Assembly (NCBI RefSeq): GCF_000002075.1
Contig: NW_004797345.1
Span: 594,471 to 658,470 of the forward strand
Source: Aplysia californica
Taxonomy: Eukaryota
Direction: 5' to 3'
Length of the DNA stretch: 64,000 bases
Position numbers and translations under genes: made by a program. Of this stretch, positions 61,372 to 64,000 are shown one piece after another (the stretch's first letter is position 1; every line of letters begins with the position of its first letter). The notes below the pieces were generated by a model, which did not search any database, was not told where the DNA came from, and worked only from the letters and a program-made list of their open reading frames with translations.

Positions 61372-61477
61372 GATCTAGAAATCTAGATGTAGATATAGAT
61401 CTAGATCTAGATTCTAGATCTAGATGTCTGTCTAGATCTAGATCTAGAATCTATATCTAATATCTAGATCTAGATCT
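61372..61477. repeat. (TAGATC)n self-complementary hexamer array
   Basis: Directly visible; shorter runs at 56976-56995, 60660-60680 and 62358-62370. Confidence 0.9.
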
Positions 61478-64000
61478 CACTGGGGTAAGTTTGAAAGACA
61501 CGAGTCACCCAGACTCAAGACAAAACAACGTGCGTTGTTAATGTTGTGTATATATTAGAACTTTGTCTTTGGTGTAGATCTAGTTTGTGCGTGTGTTTGA
61601 CCCACTCTTACTCTTTACAGGAAATGTATTGCAATTGACCGACTCAATAATATATGTCTTTATTTACAGCATCAATCATAAATAAATTTTATCTGTGAAT
61701 GTAAATAAAACAAAGAACTTTACATCCTTGTGGCCACTCACCCGTTGTAGACAGTTTGTTTTGGTCCTGTAATCCTCATGCGCGAAACACAGGGCTGCGC
61801 CATATTCTAGGAACGGTCAGAATTTTTTATAGCTTTGGATTGGATACTATTCCCCCCCTTCAAAAATCTAATTCTGATCAATCAAAGAAATTCATGACGA
61901 TAAAATTGATAAACGTTGAACATTAACTAATTCAATAGAATGTTCAAAAATATTAATTTGATAGGCGTACGATATTTTTAAAAAGATAATTGACGCCGTT
62001 CCTACAATCATTAGTGAGGAAATGAAAATTTTCTACTTCCGCTATCCCTGTCGTCCCAGTCAACTTGTTGCCGCAAAGGTCAGGGTGAGAATTTGTGTAT
62101 GTCAGACACATTAAATCTTTCTATGTATATTTTCTTAGCACTTTTCTGTACCCTTTTCAGCTCCAAGTACAGATCTCCTTAAATCTACAACTTATTAACT
62201 TACTGACTGCCATGGGTTGAAATCTCAAGCCCAATGACAATGACAGTGTTACCTCGGCCTCGACTGCTGGCATCTCAACTATCAACTTCAAGTCTCCTCT
62301 GCCTCAAACTCAAGGGCCAAGGGTGTTTTACTTTCAGATCATCATTGTCGGAGAGCTGATCTAGATCTAGGCCTAAGCCCAAACTATACTGAGTTAGCAA
62401 GTGGCTGCTGGGCGACAATTTTTGGGGGCCACCTCTATTCTCACCCGGAGTGAGAATAGTGCAGGCGAGTCTTGTGGCTATTCTCACCCGATTTGCGTTC
62501 ACCCTAAACCACAGAATTCTACACTGTGATAACAGAAAAATTGTAGAATTCTGCGCCATGAACAAACTTTCCATTACAACTGTAGCCTACTAACAGCGTA
62601 CAATTTTGTCTGTGGGCAGTGGAGAGAGAGAGAGAAAGAGAGAGAGGAGTAGCGCGAGAATTTCCGGGCAAAACAAAATGGCGACCCGCGTAGTTCGGCT
62701 CGATTCGAAAAGTTAAATAGCCGTAGCATCTTTGTAGACAACCAAATTAATTTACTTTTGTGTTTTAACATCATTTTTTAACTTTGTTTTGGTCAGTTTG
62801 ATCGTCCACACCGATAGACAGTATTCAGAAAGAGACAGAGAGAGAGAGAAGAGGGGAGGAGTTGATCTTGCGAGAACTTCCGGGCTTGAATTAAATGGTA
62901 AGGAGGGCAGGCAAAAAGTTGCCTCGGTGGGGCCTAAAATTCAGAGGGCACCGAGGCAATTTGCTAGGGCACCAAGGCAAAAATTATAGGTGATCATTTT
63001 GTTGATTTAAGTTGGTAATATTAGATCGTGCATAACAACGTTTATATAAAAAACAATACAATTTATTCTTGCTTCTACAAAAGTACAGAGTTATTGGAAA
63101 ATTTGTAAAATTATGAATGAAACTAAGTAAATCAAAGTAAAATCCCTTAAAAACAAAAGCACTAAAAATCGCAGTTTTAAGTCGAATTAATGATCATGAT
63201 TGCCTCTGACTTAATTCTTTTCCTACCAGGCCAAAATCCACCACTGGCCCAGGGCTTTTCCCTGGCCTATTTTTACGCCCCTACCCCGCGAAAGGAAGAT
63301 GTCAAAACATCCACCTAAGCACAGTTAAACCATATCATATGGCCCATCAAACTGAAGGTTAAAAAATAATCTATCAGATGGTGATACAATATTGAAGATT
63401 TATTACAATTATATTAGTGTGGGGTTTCTAAAAGTGATAGTGCGATATCGAAGGTGTCATATTAAATCAACTATTTTCCAGCTTTGAAAGGTCATATCTA
63501 AACAAGTACAACAACAGCATCATTCAAACTTTCCAGGTAGGTTGCCTAAAGTAATGCAAAGAAATGCTGAAAGTTATACATGTGTACCTAATATAGAAAT
63601 GAAAATATGAGACATATACTGAAGTCAGGGGAGCGATTTTATTTTTATTTTTACATATAGAAGGGGACAAAAAAAGCGCTGAAATGACTGAAAATCGTCT
63701 CTCAGTGCTATATTTTCTTTTGCATCTGCTAACAGGAAGTCTATTCTATTATTTTGAAAACTTGGATCGGCCAAAAATTTCTTTACTGGATTGGAATAGA
63801 TTGCGAGCCACTCGAGCCGTATTTTGCGGCTCTCGGTCCAGCGAGGCAAGGTCGGGAAAGTGTTAAATGCCTTTATGACTAACTCTTATTGATTGGATTA
63901 ATATGAATAATGAATATGACTGTTGACAATAGGGTACGATAGAAAACAGTAAATTATGGCCAATTATAATTAGGTAGGACATTAATCATTAATGAGATTC

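Larger units (their letters stand above)
59351..62884. repeat. Cluster of three copies of a 450-bp element with palindromic CTATTCTCACCCGG(A)GTGAGAATAG motifs (59351-60650 reversed and SINE-interrupted; 60830-61286; 62427-62884)
   Basis: Direct comparison of the copies; isolated motif copies also at 56847-56882 and 57567-57680. Confidence 0.85.

Overview
Gapped animal genomic scaffold, intron-rich with eight N-runs. A lophotrochozoan, probably gastropod, origin is inferred from the repeat types and the ShKT-VWC protein style; this is not proven. Two convergent protein-coding genes can be spliced together by hand. (1) On the + strand, the 3' part of a gene for a cysteine-rich, probably secreted protein: ShKT-ShKT, a 24-nt micro-exon, a Pro/Thr/Gly-Asn linker and a VWC-like domain (6 exons, 426-11028; 5' end outside the window). 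(2) On the - strand, RRP5/PDCD11, an rRNA-processing S1-repeat + HAT/TPR protein (38 coding exons, 55733-17641, about 1,690 aa, one exon truncated by a gap). The rest is transposon-derived: tRNA-headed Deu/Nin-type SINEs, CORE-type SINEs, RTE-clade LINE remnants, and MITEs of hAT-, Tc1/pogo-, piggyBac- and Harbinger-like type. A nested palindromic repeat cluster lies upstream of RRP5. Main oddities: tandem repeats seeded on splice donors at five exons, a decayed HDV-like ribozyme core at the 5' end of an RTE element, an RRP5 apparently lacking its last S1 repeat, and a perfect chimeric exon duplication beside a 100-N gap. I see no prokaryotic-type system (CRISPR, operon, defence island).
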